Counted from the first letter of the stretch, positions 11,601 to 26,600 are shown. The stretch: DNA of 64,000 bases from Ascidiella aspersa (GCA_963924565.1 OZ004607.1:11718001-11782000); one strand, 5' to 3'. Numbers and translations: made by a program. Notes: a model not told the origin generated them from the letters alone.

Positions 11601-14600
11601 AATCCGTGACCATCCCGTGAGACTCTACAGAACTTCGGACTCGCGTGAATCCTTATAAGGGTTTCCAGGTTCTTCAGATTTCAAAGTTCCGGCTAAAAAA
11701 ATTCTTTGCTGAAAATGCAAGTCGAAGGTCAAAGCTCAACGTTTACTTAAACAGATTTTATTTAAACAAGCATATCTTTGGGCAAACCGTACGTCTTTAG
11801 GGTAAGATGGCCGACAAAATCGGGTTAACGTGGTGATCCAAAGGTCAAAAGTGTAACGTATGGTAAATCGGGATGCATATTTTATTTTTTTGAGTAGAAG
11901 GTTTGGCTGTTAAAGCAAACTCGCGTGAGCACTTGCTCTATTTCAAACAGTAGTCTGTTCATACCCAGTTTAGGACAAAAGACTCTACTTTATTTTCGAA
12001 TGCGCTCGCACAAATCAGAAAACTCATATCATCTTCATTTACTATTTGATTGTACAAAAAGTGCTGTCGAGATTTCTTATTCATTGAAGGCATATTTGCC
12101 AGGATTTAGGTTTAGTGTCACAATAGCATATATTTTTGGTTTCTTGATTGACAAAAAGAACTGTCTTAATGGGTCATATAACAATAACTTAAGTCATTAA
12201 CACTTATAGCTTTAAAAACTTTTGTATTTTACCGCGAAATCGTCAAATTGTTTTCTTCTGAGACATCCTAAAAGTGCTCTAAGCTGTCTGGCAACCCTGA
12301 TCCTTATCAAAGAAACTGACAAGAAACCGCAAGTGGCGGGCAGAAGCTGATGGAAAGCAGACACAGGCTGAGAAGAAAGGAGAAAACATAAACCCTCCTG
12401 TCTTTCATATATAACTTTTTACAGAGACTGGCTTATTTAATGTCGCGTCGTTTAAGGGTCGGAAAATGGGCCATTTCAATAGAGTGATTTAGCATACAAA
12501 TAATTGAAGGCGCTGAAATGAGGACTGCGTTGGCGTGGACTGACCAAGTGTACTGTGGTCTGTGACCAGTAAAACACGGGCGAGAGGCGTGAGAAAAGAC
12601 CAGATTCGAGGCCAAGTACTTCCTCTGCTGGGACAAGAAATTCGTTGGAATCTCGAGGCGGTTTAGCACAGCTTAAACGCTGATATGGTTTCAGGGGGTT
12701 CGAGTGTGTTTGAGTGGTATGCTAGTGCGCGTAGTAAGTGGGGTAAGTGGGACGAGCGCGTGCATAAATAATTCACCGCTTAGTTGCCGGTCTGAAGAGA
12801 TTTGCGACCAAACTATGCGCGAAGGCATACTTCAAGCGCTGGCGGAAACTTTAAGGCAGGTGTGAAGCAATGTAGGGCGAATTTTACGGAAATGGTGTAG
12901 GTGAAATGTAAACCACAGGCAACCGCAAGTAAGTTTAGATAAATAATCACAGAGTCTATGTTAAGAAAAAATAGTCCCTCAACTCAAACCTGGAACAGTT
13001 TTTGTCCCAAACTTCTAGCAACAACAAATAATCGAAACCATATTAAAACTTTCGAGTGTTCTCCAAAACCCGTAACCAGGTGCCATGCAAAACTCAGCCT
13101 GTGTCAGTTTGTCGACTTTTTATTTGGGCTGGGGGCGTCTACGTTTTCAGTTCACGTGCAAGGTCTACTGGCAATGCATTGTGCGGTCACTTCAGTGGCA
13201 TTGTGACGTCATATAGGCGCGGGGAAACGAGAAGGCAAGGGCTGGTGTAATGCCAACACGAAGAGAAATCCTATTGATTTGCCAGAGTCAGATAAAAGTG
13301 CTTGGAGAGTTAGAACAGGGCCATTAGTGGGATGCATGTTTGTACAGCATTGTCAGGCCGAATTGTTTAGTTGTGTGGAGATGCAAGTTGTGTTACCGAA
13401 ACAGGGGTGTTTAGCTAACGCTTTTTAGACAACTATTCTCAAGAACCAGTTTGCTGTCTATAGTATATTATATAGAACACAAATATTTGTCATTCCTTAA
13501 TAAATAAGCGTCAATAATAATACGATGTTTCGGCGACGCGTCGTGGTTAAGTAACGTTGGTTTGAAAGGCATGGGTGTAATTCAATGCCCTCCATCAACA
13601 TATATTTTGTATTAAAACATAGAAAACCGGAAGGGCAGATGCCATTTTATTGCGAAATGGCGGGAGTCAGTTTTACGTTTTATCACCGAGAAAATATTTC
13701 GAAAAGCTTGGAAGCCCAGCTCAATTTAACCACGTGACGCGGTAAAATGTTAAGAGTCCGTGAATTTAGCTGGAACGGCGAGTTATGTCAATATTGTTTT
13801 CCACCGACAGTTTGGAGAGGCCTGTAAACTTTTTAACGGTCTCTCTGGCATTTATCTCCAGAAGCTTGTAAATCCTGCCTCAGAATCGTTAAAACCCAAC
13901 CGAGCGATTTAATTAGTAAGATTTTTGGATGATTCAAACGATAGAAGATATTTTATAGGGAACAAGTAGTGTGAGGTTAATATGGTCAATATAACATAGA
14001 TTACGACATATTCTAGTGCAAAAATCAGATATCGAGCGTAAATAAAGTCCTTTGTACGCTTAAAAGGCGAATTAGGTTTCTACCATTCGTCAAACGATCA
14101 ATAGTGTGTGCTAACCTGTCCGCATAACTCACCACAAAAAGGAGGACGGATTTAGAGAAAACGGCACTTTAATCTGTCGTGTGTAACTGATTTTCGAACG
14201 TCAGCGGCAGGTAAATTATTGTAGGCATTGGAATGCCGTGAGTGGACGTTCGGCTATTTGCGCGTGCAAACACCTGGCCTTTTCACGGCTCCAACCGCTC
14301 GCTAATTAAGCTGCGCGAAGCGAAGTGCCACGCTATGTGGCAAGGCTAAGCGCGCAACGGCATTGCGCGCGCACCCAATCAACTAATGGCCCAGCAACGT
14401 ACAGGCTTTATCGCAGGGATCTATCGCTTGGGTACGGGAGGGACGCTACCGAAGCCTTGTTAAACGTAGTAGGCAAACAGTGGGATAATCCTCGGCGATA
14501 AAATTCAACTGAAATGCGGCACAGAACTTTTTTTATAGATATCTTTACCTTGTAATTGTTTACATACGCGGTGGTAAGGCAGTGTTAGACAGACAGGCAG

Positions 14601-17600
14601 AAATCCGCTCACAAAGGGTTCACATTCCATTGAGATGTAGCTTATTAGTTGAATTTGCATAGTTTTAGGGGCAATTAATTTCCACACGACAATCGCCGTA
14701 AGTTATATCCAGTTAGCTATACTGCTCTAAAACGTATTTTTCCTTAATAAAATAACCCCCCAAACAAAATCGGTTAGCTTGGAAAAATGTTACCATTGTA
14801 CAGTGGCGAGCTGTAAATATCTCAATTGGATCACGTTTAGACACGTACAAGGTTTAAAACCAGCACTACATCATGCTAGTTTCGAATAGGCCTCCTTCCA
14901 AAGAAAGTTCCCTTTGCCGCGCCCTTTCTGTTCCCGCTGAGCAGCAATATTAACATGTGGGAAATCGCAGTCGGCAAAAGGCGCGGTTCATGGTCGTGTG
15001 GCGTGACATCGGGCCTTTTGTGCGCACTGAGCAATTAACCCAGTTGGTCGAGCCATAAAATCCACAGGCCACTCGGACTGTTGGTTTGGACGGTGGCTGC
15101 CTTAAAGACGCTCGGCCCTTGTTTACACAGGCTCCGAAAAAAAGGCCGGCAGTAGCTTTTTTACTTTTCTTAGGTGCATATTTTTAACCCGTTTCGTGAC
15201 CTTTTTATTTTGTCCCGCCATTATTTTTCGTCGAACACGTTCGGTGCTGTTTTTCGCACCTTCTCGCGTAAACAACGCGGGAAAAAAGGAGCCGGCTTCT
15301 TGCTAAAAAGGCCTTGTAAGCTGGCCGATTGCCAAACACAACAAGAGCGCGATAAAGCCAACCCAGCCGCCTTGGGGAGCAATCGGGTCGCTTAGATTCG
15401 CCGAAAAGCGCAGGCACCACAATAGAAGGCTATATATATATCGCTGCCAGGGCCGAAGAGCGATCGACTTTAGATTGGGGTCGACACAGGGCGGAGCTCA
15501 TAGTTAGCAAGAGAGAAGTAGTTAAACAGTGGATTCGGAGGGCAGGGCGTTTCTAGAAGTTTTTGTGGAAGGATTTTGCCAAGCTGAGACACGAATCTTG
15601 AGGAACTGGGCAAGGTGCCGCCTGTGAGATTTGGTGTCTGCCCTTCGCAATAAACGCGAAAAAGCTTAAAAATGCATATTTGAGTAAAGTTACAGTGCTT
15701 TTACAGGTCTTGGGCGTAGATTGACAACAATGCGAGGTTTAGACTTCTGCGTTTTGCATAGAGTTACACAAGCTTTATAAAAGTTCGACAAAACTTTGTT
15801 AAAATATCTGCAAACGTGACCCACGTGCAACGTAATGTAAAAATTGTTTAGACATACGGCTTTATGAACTATATAATGGACGCTTCTCGATACCGATAAT
15901 TGTAATGGCTCAAATACTTGATGCCAATAATAACTTCTTTTTGGGTAAATATTGATTTTTTAGAGAAGGGATATTAAAAAAATAAAACAAACATTAAAAT
16001 CACGTCAATTTTAGATATGAAGTGGGTGGAAACGCCCTTTGTCAATTCCATCAATCAAGTATATAACGCTAACATCGCACATTAACAAACCATTAGCAAA
16101 AACATTAAATTTCGTTCGAAATGTCGTGAGTGGCCCGACGCCGCTGACGAAAAACAATAAAACAGCGAACTGGGTTCGTGACAAAAAAATGTGCGCAGAT
16201 TTCGCACAATCGTCGTTGTTATCGTCACAGAATTGCGTATAAATGTCACTGCCAGACGCCCGGTATCGCCATTTCGAGTTTAGCGTTTGTCCTATTCGTA
16301 AAACAAAATTGACAGGCAATAGGAAAAAGTATGGCATGAAATCGATATAGGGCGATATTTTATCAACGCATAATTTTTAATTAAGGTGAAAGTCAGTTGT
16401 CTACGTATTTCCTGTCGAAATGTGTCAGTTTGTCAGGTGATTTAAAATTAGAAAGCGCACTGTGCAACAAAAATTACAAAAAGTGTGCAATATGCTTTAA
16501 CTTATCTATTTCGGTTGGAGAGAAAATGTTGCGTTTTTTTGGTAATAAATATATGCAATTTGGTCATTTGCAAAGAGAGTGAGTTGACCAAGTACCTCTG
16601 AGACATATAAAAAGTAAACTTACATCAAATAATGCGGTAATACATACTACTAACAATTAGTCACCACCAACTTAAAAAAAATATTACTACCGGTATATAG
16701 AAAGGATATAACAGGAACACATTTAACCTAACTGACATTAAAGTATCTTTAAAATTCCTAAAAACCCATGTGTAGACGGGCAAGGGCAAATAGTCTTATA
16801 CATAATTAAAACGAATCGACCAATTTTATCCAGATATAACCAGCAAGTTTCCAATTGTAGTTAACAGGACTAGAAATAATGGAAGTCAACAGAGTTTTTT
16901 TTTTATTATTCATGCTGCTTGTTAACATCACAGAGGCGTGATGCAGCCACGATTGTGCTCATGTTAAATTTGTAAACGGCGTACTGCGACTGAATGCAGC
17001 AGTAAATAAAAACATGAGAGTATACGCTGTCTATAGAACATGTTAATACAGTATTCAATAAAATTATGGTGTTTGTTGTCTCAAAATGGCGAAATAATCT
17101 AAATATTTTATACATGCGAGCCTACGGTCGACGTTGTGTCCTCAATTATCATTTTACGGGTTTCGTACGCTTATTATATACACGAAGTAAAATATTCTCA
17201 AGTTGGGGCAATAGACCAATAGTTTAATTTTTATTAAAGTTACAAACAGCGTCGGCAGTCATAAAAGGGTGCAGTTTATTTTAGTTGTTTTAACAACACT
17301 GGACTGCGTTGTGTGCGGCGTACATAATCACAATCAGCAGTCAATTAGTTGGTTTAACAATCAAAGGTTATACTATTTTGTTTATTTTTCACTTTACCCA
17401 GAGCATATATACTTGTAGAACATAATGACAGTATCCTCGCTGCAGTTAAACTTTGAGATTTCATTTGGGGTTTTCGGTAAGCGGATAGATATATAAAACA
17501 ATCTAACAATTATGCTGCTGTCAGGTTTAGCGAACAATGTCCAGAGCACTGTACAAAGAAATTCAGACATGCTCAAACTCTGGTGTATTACTGACAAGGA

Positions 17601-20600
17601 GCAACAGCTGGAAAAGTATTTGCAGCGGCAAGATCTGAAAAGGGTGCGACAACTACTCAGCAAAGGTAGGCTGCGTTAGACCACGGTTTTTCGTTCATAG
17701 TCATCGTACAGGGCACGATCTGCGAATCGCCGTAATTGCACAAAAAATCAATCTAGTATATTCGGCAAATAAGTAACTTCCTTTTTAGTAACCCTTTGGG
17801 ATGTCAGCTATCAGAGTTACATTAACACTTTAACACCGAATTTTCTCTCTTTCCGCCATGAGTCTAAAGTTGGAGTAAAGGCAAAAACTCATATATTGTT
17901 GTTTTTCGCACAGGCGCCAACCCGAATGGCTACAGCCAGAAAGCCAAATGTTCGTTCCTGTGTATGGCGATCACGCAGCGCAACGAAGCACTGGTAAGTA
18001 CAATTATTTTTTCGACGTTTTTCAATTGACTTTTCTCCAAGTTTATGACTAAAAGTACAAAACCCTTTTAGACAAATATCAGAATAGGCTGGTAAGCCTC
18101 ATTTTAGGCAGATATACTTTTGTACTTCTGGTTAATGCATTTACGGCTTGTTGATTAATAAAGCAAAGCAGACTAGGTTAATGCGAATTCTGTGACTTTA
18201 TAATTGAGTTTGGGATCCAACGTTTAGAGCAGTGGTTCCCAAACTTTTTTGATTCGCGGCATACTAACTAATCTTAACTATTTCGCGGCACATTTTTAAC
18301 AGAACAACAATAGAGTAATTTTACAATCTCCCTTGACACAGTACAAACCATATGTAAATGTCTCAAAAAACACACAGTTTGGAAATCACTGGTTTAGAGT
18401 CATCATCCAACACAGTAAAACAACGTAGAGAATGATATTTTACTTCAGGTTAAAGAAATCGTAATTTAAAATGTTTAAAGGCAGAATAGCTACATGTGCT
18501 TTAACAATAATCGGGGTAATCTTTCTAAGGTCCGGATGATGCTAAAGGCCGGATCATCGACCAACCAAACCACTTGGCCCTCAGAAGAGGAGAGTCCCTC
18601 GCATTTGGACGAATATCCCCTCCATATTGCGGCGAAGCAAGGAAGCCTCGGCATAATCAAGGTAAAGCAATCAAATAAGAAATTAATAGCCAGATTTCCA
18701 CAAACCGAAACTGCATCTCGTATGTACAGGCATATAGATTTAAAAAACACTATACAAAAACGACAGTATCTATCGTTACTTATAATGACATCAATCGTAA
18801 CACATAAAGATATATCGTATAAATTTAAATCGCATCACGCGTCAGGCAACATCAAAATTGTAATAATAAACTGGAAACCCAAATAAAACAGTTTAGGATG
18901 TCGCAGGTTGTATCATATTAGTTTCCAGTCCATTTTACTTTACGTTGGGCAGACAGAGCGAGCCACAATTTAAAGCAAACTATTTCAGGCTTTACTTGAA
19001 CACGGAGCTAATGTTGACATCGGGCAGGACAGCAAGCTTGGAACGCCTTTGCACCAAGCGACGAGGCAAGGACATAAAGAGGTGAGATTTTAATTTAACA
19101 AAGTTAAAGTGGGTTGTTAGTTACATTAAGGTGTCGATATTTTTTTCAACCAAAAAGTACAAGTTACTTTGCGGCAAATTTAATTTAATTCGATGAATTT
19201 TCTTTTTAATTTAATAAGATTTGGTTATTCCAAAACTCGTAATCTCCGTTTACCTAGTTTGAAAAAGCTTAACCTGTAATGTAATGTTTTTGTCCTGCAT
19301 AAGCTGTTTACAAAATTAACTTAGTTAAGTACAGTTATATGCTGTTAAATGTGTTTAAAATGCGAACGCCTATATGCTGTTAAATGTGTTTAAAATGCGA
19401 ACTAATTAGTTTGTTTAATTAGTCAGCATACGTTGGTGACCAGATTACAACAGAACTCGACAACACTAGCACAGTTAAACCCTTCAAACCTAAATCGAAT
19501 AGCGTTGCTCTATGGCCAGATTGTTTCGTTTACGTTAAGCGTATAGTGATGACGCAATCGCAAATCGCCACTTCCTTTGTTTCTCCACGAATAGTAAACC
19601 ATATTAGGCCGACCTCGGCTCTTAGTAGCGACGCTCGCACATCAAAAATCGCGACGCGAACATGATCGATATTATCGAAGTCTGTTCGTCAAACTAATTG
19701 CTTTTAAACCATGTAGGGTGACGCTTTTCTAAAGGCAACTACATCAATTTTTGCGATTTAGAATTTAACTGGGGCACGAATGTGATGTTTTATAGTGGTA
19801 TTAGTGGGTTGTAAAAATTGTGACTGTCGCAAAGGAAAAATAAGTATATTAAATTTACTTTTTATAATGGTTGTTTTGATAAAGCACTTACAATCTGAAC
19901 CAAAACATAATAATTTGGTGTTTAAATGAGTGAAAAAAGTAACGTGTTTTGGTGCAGAAACGTGCTAACCTTTTATTGTGTGCTATGCTAAATATTCATG
20001 TAAAGACATTCTAGCTTCTCAACATGCCGGAGCTTCGCCAAACATATGCCAAAAACGCAACTTTAATTTCCCCCATTTTTACGCAAACAATCTCAAGTTA
20101 AGCAACAATACAAGCACAGGTGAAATACTCAATCTGTAACCTTCATCAAAACGTTTTGACATCACAGTTTTGCGCAAAATATCACTATAAATGGGCTCTG
20201 CAAACAGGTGACGTCACTGCTGCTGGCTCACGGTGCCGACCTGATTGCGATCGACCGGCAGCTGGACACGCCGCTGCACAAGGCTGCCGCTTTTGGCTAC
20301 AACGCGGTGGTGAACGTTCTCCTTAACAAAGGAGCCCCGGTCAACGCGCGCAACTACGCAATGGCAACGCCGCTGCATCACGCGGCCAAGGCCGGCGCCC
20401 TTTTGGTGGTCCAGACTCTGCTGGAACGCGGCGCCGACCCGGCCGCCCTGGACTCGGCGGGAAATTCCCCGGCCAACGCGGCAGGCAGCGGTGAAGTGCG
20501 CGACTTGATCGCGGCGTGTAACATCCGCATTGAGATCAAGGAGCGTGCGGTGAGAAGCGATGCGGAAAAGGCGTGGTTTAAGGAGTACGAGCCGCTGCCT

Positions 20601-23600
20601 ACGTGGAGCTATCGGGAGCGCGAGGTCGTTGCTTCAAGCGGGAACAGCAAAAGCGCGTCGGATCGGCGGGAAAACGGGGTTGAAAATCCCGCGTACGCGT
20701 CTGGCGACGTGGAGAGCGCACACAACAGTCTTAAGGAGAACCACAGCAACACGCACCGGCTGCTGAAGCGACTTGGCAGCTTTTCGAAAGCCATACGCAG
20801 CGCCACGGAAGCAAAGCCAGGCGCGTCGGAGGTTCAACCGAGTCAGAAGGATGGTAGGACGTGGGAGGACCTCACCTCCTCCGACCTGGACACGATTTCG
20901 GAAGACCTGGAGCAAAAACGACGCGACCCTCAGGAAAGACCCGTTCCGTTGCCGAGGACGCGCATTAAGGAGCAGAGTCCGGCTCCAGGAAGCTGGAGGA
21001 GGCCGAACGGACACGGAGGAGCCAAGGAGGACCCGGCCTACTGGCAAAAGAGGAGGGGAAGATCCCTGCATCAACCGAAGAGGAAGAGACACACGTCACG
21101 AGCGAGGAGGGGAGTGACGCGAACGCAGAGCGAGCTTACGGCGCGCCCGGTTTAACTTAATGTTTTCTATTTGTATATTTTTCGTCGTTTGTAGTCTATT
21201 ATCTTTTATGTGTTTGCAATAGAGCGCTGCAGTGTAAGGCCGCTCGTGGCTTTGAGTTCCGTTTGCCTTTGAACAAATTCATCCTGCAGAAATTGAATTT
21301 ATTGTGTTCAACGTCTAAACTCGAAATAATTCACGTTGATTTAATGATTGCAGTAATTTGCAAATTTGACACAATAAATGTTCATTGGAATAGTTTTTTT
21401 TTATTCGGAAAAATTTAGCAAATGGTTTGATTTTTTGTACTGTAGGTCTTGTACTCAAAAGAACCAGGATTTATGTCTTGTATAGTTTCTCGTTTCCACA
21501 TGACGAATATGTTTATTTTATTTATGTCAATTTGTGTATCCACAAAGAAAGACTGGTGATTAACGATACATATACACTGAAGAAACAAAACTTTTTCCCC
21601 CTAATAACCATAAATAATTCAGATACGTGCACCATACATAGAAGTTTTAAAAACAAATTTCGCCTAATGCATATATTGTGTTGTTATGGCAAAAAAAAAA
21701 TATTTTAAGGGTATTTTCCAAAATTGATTTATTATTGACATTTAAACATTGTTACCTATTTCGTAAAGCTTAGTTTTATTAAACGCCTTACTTCAGCCTC
21801 AAGCCAACGTGTTCAAATATAAAATGCTAATAAAATTGCACACCATGCTATTACAGTAGACACATCTGTGTTGGTTTGGAATACAACTGTACAGCAAACA
21901 TATTAAAGAGAAGACAACAACAATTATGAGTCTGGCAAAATTAGTTTAAGCCTTAGAACGTATTCCCGAAAAAAGTATTCCCCGAAGATGCACAACTGCT
22001 TAAATTTCTAGCTATAGCGCAAAATTAGCTTCGTGAATTCGAAATGAACTCTTGGTAAATTGTTAAACTAGTTCCACTAAAATTACATTCATTGCAAATC
22101 CATAAATATTAATCCTTACAAGAGAAAGAAAAACTAGGAAAGAAATATAGGAATTCAAAATGTCATTTGTTTGAAATTTGGTAAACTGTTACACTAGTCA
22201 AAAGTGTAACTGTTACACTATTTAAAACTAAATTAAATATTGCTCACCTAACGTTTCGCAAATTACAAAGCTTGTTTGGCGTTGAGCCCCAAACTAATGG
22301 CGCGCCATCCAAAACAACGCCACAAAGGAAAAAAATGAAAGAACATACCTTAAAACGACTGTGGCGCGCTCGGCCAACACCGACTTGTCGGGGTCACGTG
22401 ACGCCAGTTCGACCACGTCCAGCAGGGGGCGCACGAGGGCGAGCACGAGCGGGTTCTTGTCGTGCTGACGTTGCACGAAAGACTCGAGAAGCTCGACGCA
22501 GCGCAGCTGGAAGTGTGTGACGTGCAACTTGTTGTTCTTCTTGGTCGCCTTTTTCTTTTTCTGCGAGAGAGCGAATTGAATGAGGTTTTTAAGTATGCTG
22601 TACTGACAGAGGCAAAACAACGGGGAAGCGCAGCTACGGAGGATTTAGAAAGAAGGTTTTGGACCTTAGAACTTCCACAATCGGGGTCGACAGACCCCTT
22701 GGATCAGTGAGAAACTTTGGCAAGCGCAAGGTCTAACTCTAGCTGGGACAAAATAGTCTCGTTAGGTTTAACTACTTAGTTTGCTTAAGTGCTGGTTTAA
22801 ATAGTAGAGCAATTTTATTACCCACTTGAAACCCTTAGAGGAAATTTTCGACTTTTAAGAGGAAATTTTTTTCCATGGAGAAATTGGGGAGGAAAAATCG
22901 ATAAAAAAACTTATTTATTCGGTTGTATGCAATAAAACGCTTGTTTAACTTCATTGATTGGTATTATAAAGAGCCTATTAGGCATCTACAATAGGTCTAT
23001 TGTAAAATTGAGCAGCCTTTCATTATATCAAGAAAACAAAGGGTCCATCGTTGTAAGCATACGCTTGACAACCACTGATTCAGTTAAATATGTGACTAGA
23101 ATCTTCCAGATGTTAAGGATCGCTTGGCACGAGCCGCTAAAGGTCGAAAACAACCAGAACATCCTAGCTTAAAGGTGCCTCGCACAAGTCCAAAAGGAAT
23201 TCACTAATTCAAATAAATATTAATTTTTTAATATTTTCTAGCTATTATTTTATGCAAAACAATGAGGAATGGAAGGTGGGGGCATGCAAAGATAAACAAT
23301 GAATAAGCAGAACTCTTAAAATTGTTACTACTTTGTTTGCTCAATTTAGAAAAAAAGGTTCCAGTAAAGATGCATATAAGTTTGATTACAGAAACCAGTA
23401 AACATGTTTACAGTGGTCAGCGGTATATATTAAACGGTAGCCACAAAACGGATACAAAATAACTCTAAAGAACTATAAACATTTAATAACCTGGTTAATT
23501 GTCAGTTTTTAAATCCGAGTTAAAATTGTTGTTAAATACAGATAACACAATTTAAAAGTACGCTTAAATCGTGAATCTGTTCACCTTTCTCTGTTGAAAT

Positions 23601-26600
23601 ATGTCGGAAAGCATGTAATCAATCCTCATCATTGCGTCATCACTCATGTCGGCATCGCTATCGTCGTCGCCCTCGTCGCCCGCATCGTCGTCATCGCCTT
23701 CACTTTCCTGAAACGCGGAAGCATTGTGGTTAAAAGGAATTACCCACGGCCCTTCATCATGAATAAAACTGATCAAAAATATTCCTCTAACTTAACGACA
23801 AAACTAGCGTTATCAAGTACAAATTAGAAAACTTAAATGTAAGAAATCGTTAAACAAGCCCCTCTTCTAGTTCTGCCTGTAAACGTTTATTTTTGCAGTA
23901 AAAAATCAACATTTTATCAGCCAAAGATAAAAATTTAAACTTGATATCCATCTGTACTGATTTGTGTCAGGTAGCCACCAAGACATATTACCATTGTTTT
24001 AAAAAAAGTAAAAAATCACCTTTGATTACGTATATTACCCACACAAGACGTAATAATGAATAACAAGCAAGCTGACCTGCAAGCTGCAACACATTAAAAA
24101 AGGGGTCGGAAACCTTTTTAGCTAGGGAGCCATAAAAGCCAAATTTTCTTGGTTGTATTTCCATGAGAGCCATATAATACTTTTTTAACATCTAGTTATG
24201 TTGGCAAAAAATAGTAAATTGAGCAGGGCCTTATTATTTTGTTCCCATTAAAAGGGCACAAGCAAAGCACCAAAATTTAATTAGTCAAGTTCGCACAACT
24301 TTGATTACTGAGTTCTGTTAAAAGAACATGCAGGGCCTTTTGGATATTAAGAGATCTTTCAAACGGGATAACAGCCTAAAAAACAAATGGGATTCGCGCG
24401 AAGCGCCGAAAATTTGCTTCTATGTGCAATAAAAAGAAATATAAGGTTAGGAAAGCGGCCATGGACGCGTGCAGTTTTATTTAAAATCAGGCTAGGCAAT
24501 GATAGATTAGATTTTTCTGCAAGCAATATTCAGATTAGCAGCATCATATAATTACCGATGGAGGAGCGACGTCCCCCAGCGCTTCTTTGATTCTCCTGCG
24601 AAATTCCTCGTCCACTCCTCCATCAGGATCGTTCGTGCTCTGATCTGCATCTTCGTCTTCACTTGACTCCGAGTCGGATTGAACATCTGATGCGTGGCTC
24701 TCTGCGCACAAGTTTTTCGAATAGCATTACTAGGAGGTAAACCGAACTTGCTAGCAAATTTTAACAGTTTCTTATTACCACAAACCAAATGTCATTGTAA
24801 ACTTGCATTTATTCAGAGAAAATGCATATTCTCACGAGTAGCCATCGCTACGTTGCGAGAAACTTTAGCAGAACCGAAACTCCTTGCAAGAAATGGAAAC
24901 AACTTACTTATTTGCCGGCATGTACGGGTTTGTCAAAAAATTAAACTAATTGCACAGACCCTAACTCAGGGGTTCCCACCCTTTTTTGCTCGTTACCCAC
25001 TTGTCAGGTCAGAGCATTCTTCGTACCCCAAAAAGTTCTGATAGAATCTTTCATGTATATATATTATATATATATATTTTTTGCTTTATAGCTCAATTAA
25101 ACGTTACCGATATTTCACACAAAACTGCAACAATCAGTAGTTATTTGGTTTGTTACTTCCTAGTGAGATATTTGTTGCTGCTTCATTGATAAAATTTGCT
25201 CAAACGATGGTTGGATTATACTCAAGGCAAAACATAAATTATCTGAAGTTAAAATAACGCATTGTTATTAGACAATAAGGTTTCTTGCTAAAAAACAATT
25301 ATTTGTAGATAATTGTTTTTATTTTCAAAGCAAAGACCGTAATAGCATACATAATACCACTTACAATTCTAAAATAAAACTGTACCACTTACAATTCTAA
25401 AATAAAACTGTACCACTTACAATTCTAAAATAAAACTGTACCACTTATAATTCTAAAATAAAACTGTGAAATATGTTTGAAATGCTGCTCTGTGGCCCAA
25501 CGATGTCAGTACCCCTTGATGTTCAATCTCGTACCCCCAAGGGGTACGAGTACACCCGTTTGGGAACCCCTGCCCTAACTGTTGCAATTTGAAAACTAAC
25601 CAACCACGCATACAGGTTTATGAAGAGGCCACATTAGTTTAAAGTGTGTGCCAACTGCCAACCAAGTTATATCTAGCTAGAATGGAATTTAGAATCCTCT
25701 CGTTGTATTTAAATCTGCAAATCATGAGAGTAGGGCAGCTTACCATCAGGATCCGACTGCACTTCTTCCTCTTCTTCTTCTTCTTCCTCGTCATCGTCCT
25801 CATCCAAGTCTTCCTTGTCCTTCATTAAATCTTCATCGGACATTTTAAGGACCTTGGGAAACCACATTATTGTTTTTAAAGTTTTAAAAGCTGGTGTTAA
25901 TAGGTCCCAGTTTTTTTACTACGTAGCTCAGTGGTTATCAACCTGGAGTTCAAGTAACGTTGCTGTTGAAATACTGAGCAGCTTTTAGGTGTATGTGAAG
26001 GCCAGGAAAATGTACTTGAGTGTAACATTTTAGCGGCTCACGTAGGAAGCAACATTTTTTATAAGTCCTAAAAGTAGTATTATAAGAGTCTTTTTTAATA
26101 AGATGTATGACCTTTAGGTCACTTTTTAAGTCTGGAGAGCAAGTAACGATATAGGAATGGTGAGTAGCTTTCAGGTCTCTATGGTGGCCAGGAAAATGTT
26201 TGCGAGTGTAATATTTTAGCGGCTTACGTAGGCTATTCTTTCTTCGACATGTTTTTTGTCATTTCGGCCCAAGTTTTAGCTGCCTTTATGAAAACCGAAT
26301 TTCATAGTAGGTTTCATATACAAGGTGAGACTTGCGTACCACGTATAGCACAATAAACTGCCAGTATTAGAATTTTTCTTTCGAACCACTGAATTCACGC
26401 TTAACCCTGTCTAAAAACGTCTGCCCTAAATCATCATCTAAATAAAATCTATAGCAAACCAAATCAAGAACATTATGAAATGACTTAACGTGGGGACGTT
26501 GTACTCGACTCAATGACGTATGCTACCTGAAATGGGTTATTTGTGTTTGCATATAGACAAGAAGCCTAGAAAAGCGTTCAACAAAGTTTAAAACATGCCA

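Noticed and set aside
17569-21155. NRARP or ANKRD6 identity for the nested gene
   Set aside because: Far longer than NRARP, and there are no recognisable family-specific motifs beyond generic ANK repeats.
25355-25466. CRISPR-like 28-bp repeats
   Set aside because: No spacers, located inside a eukaryotic MITE, and no cas genes.
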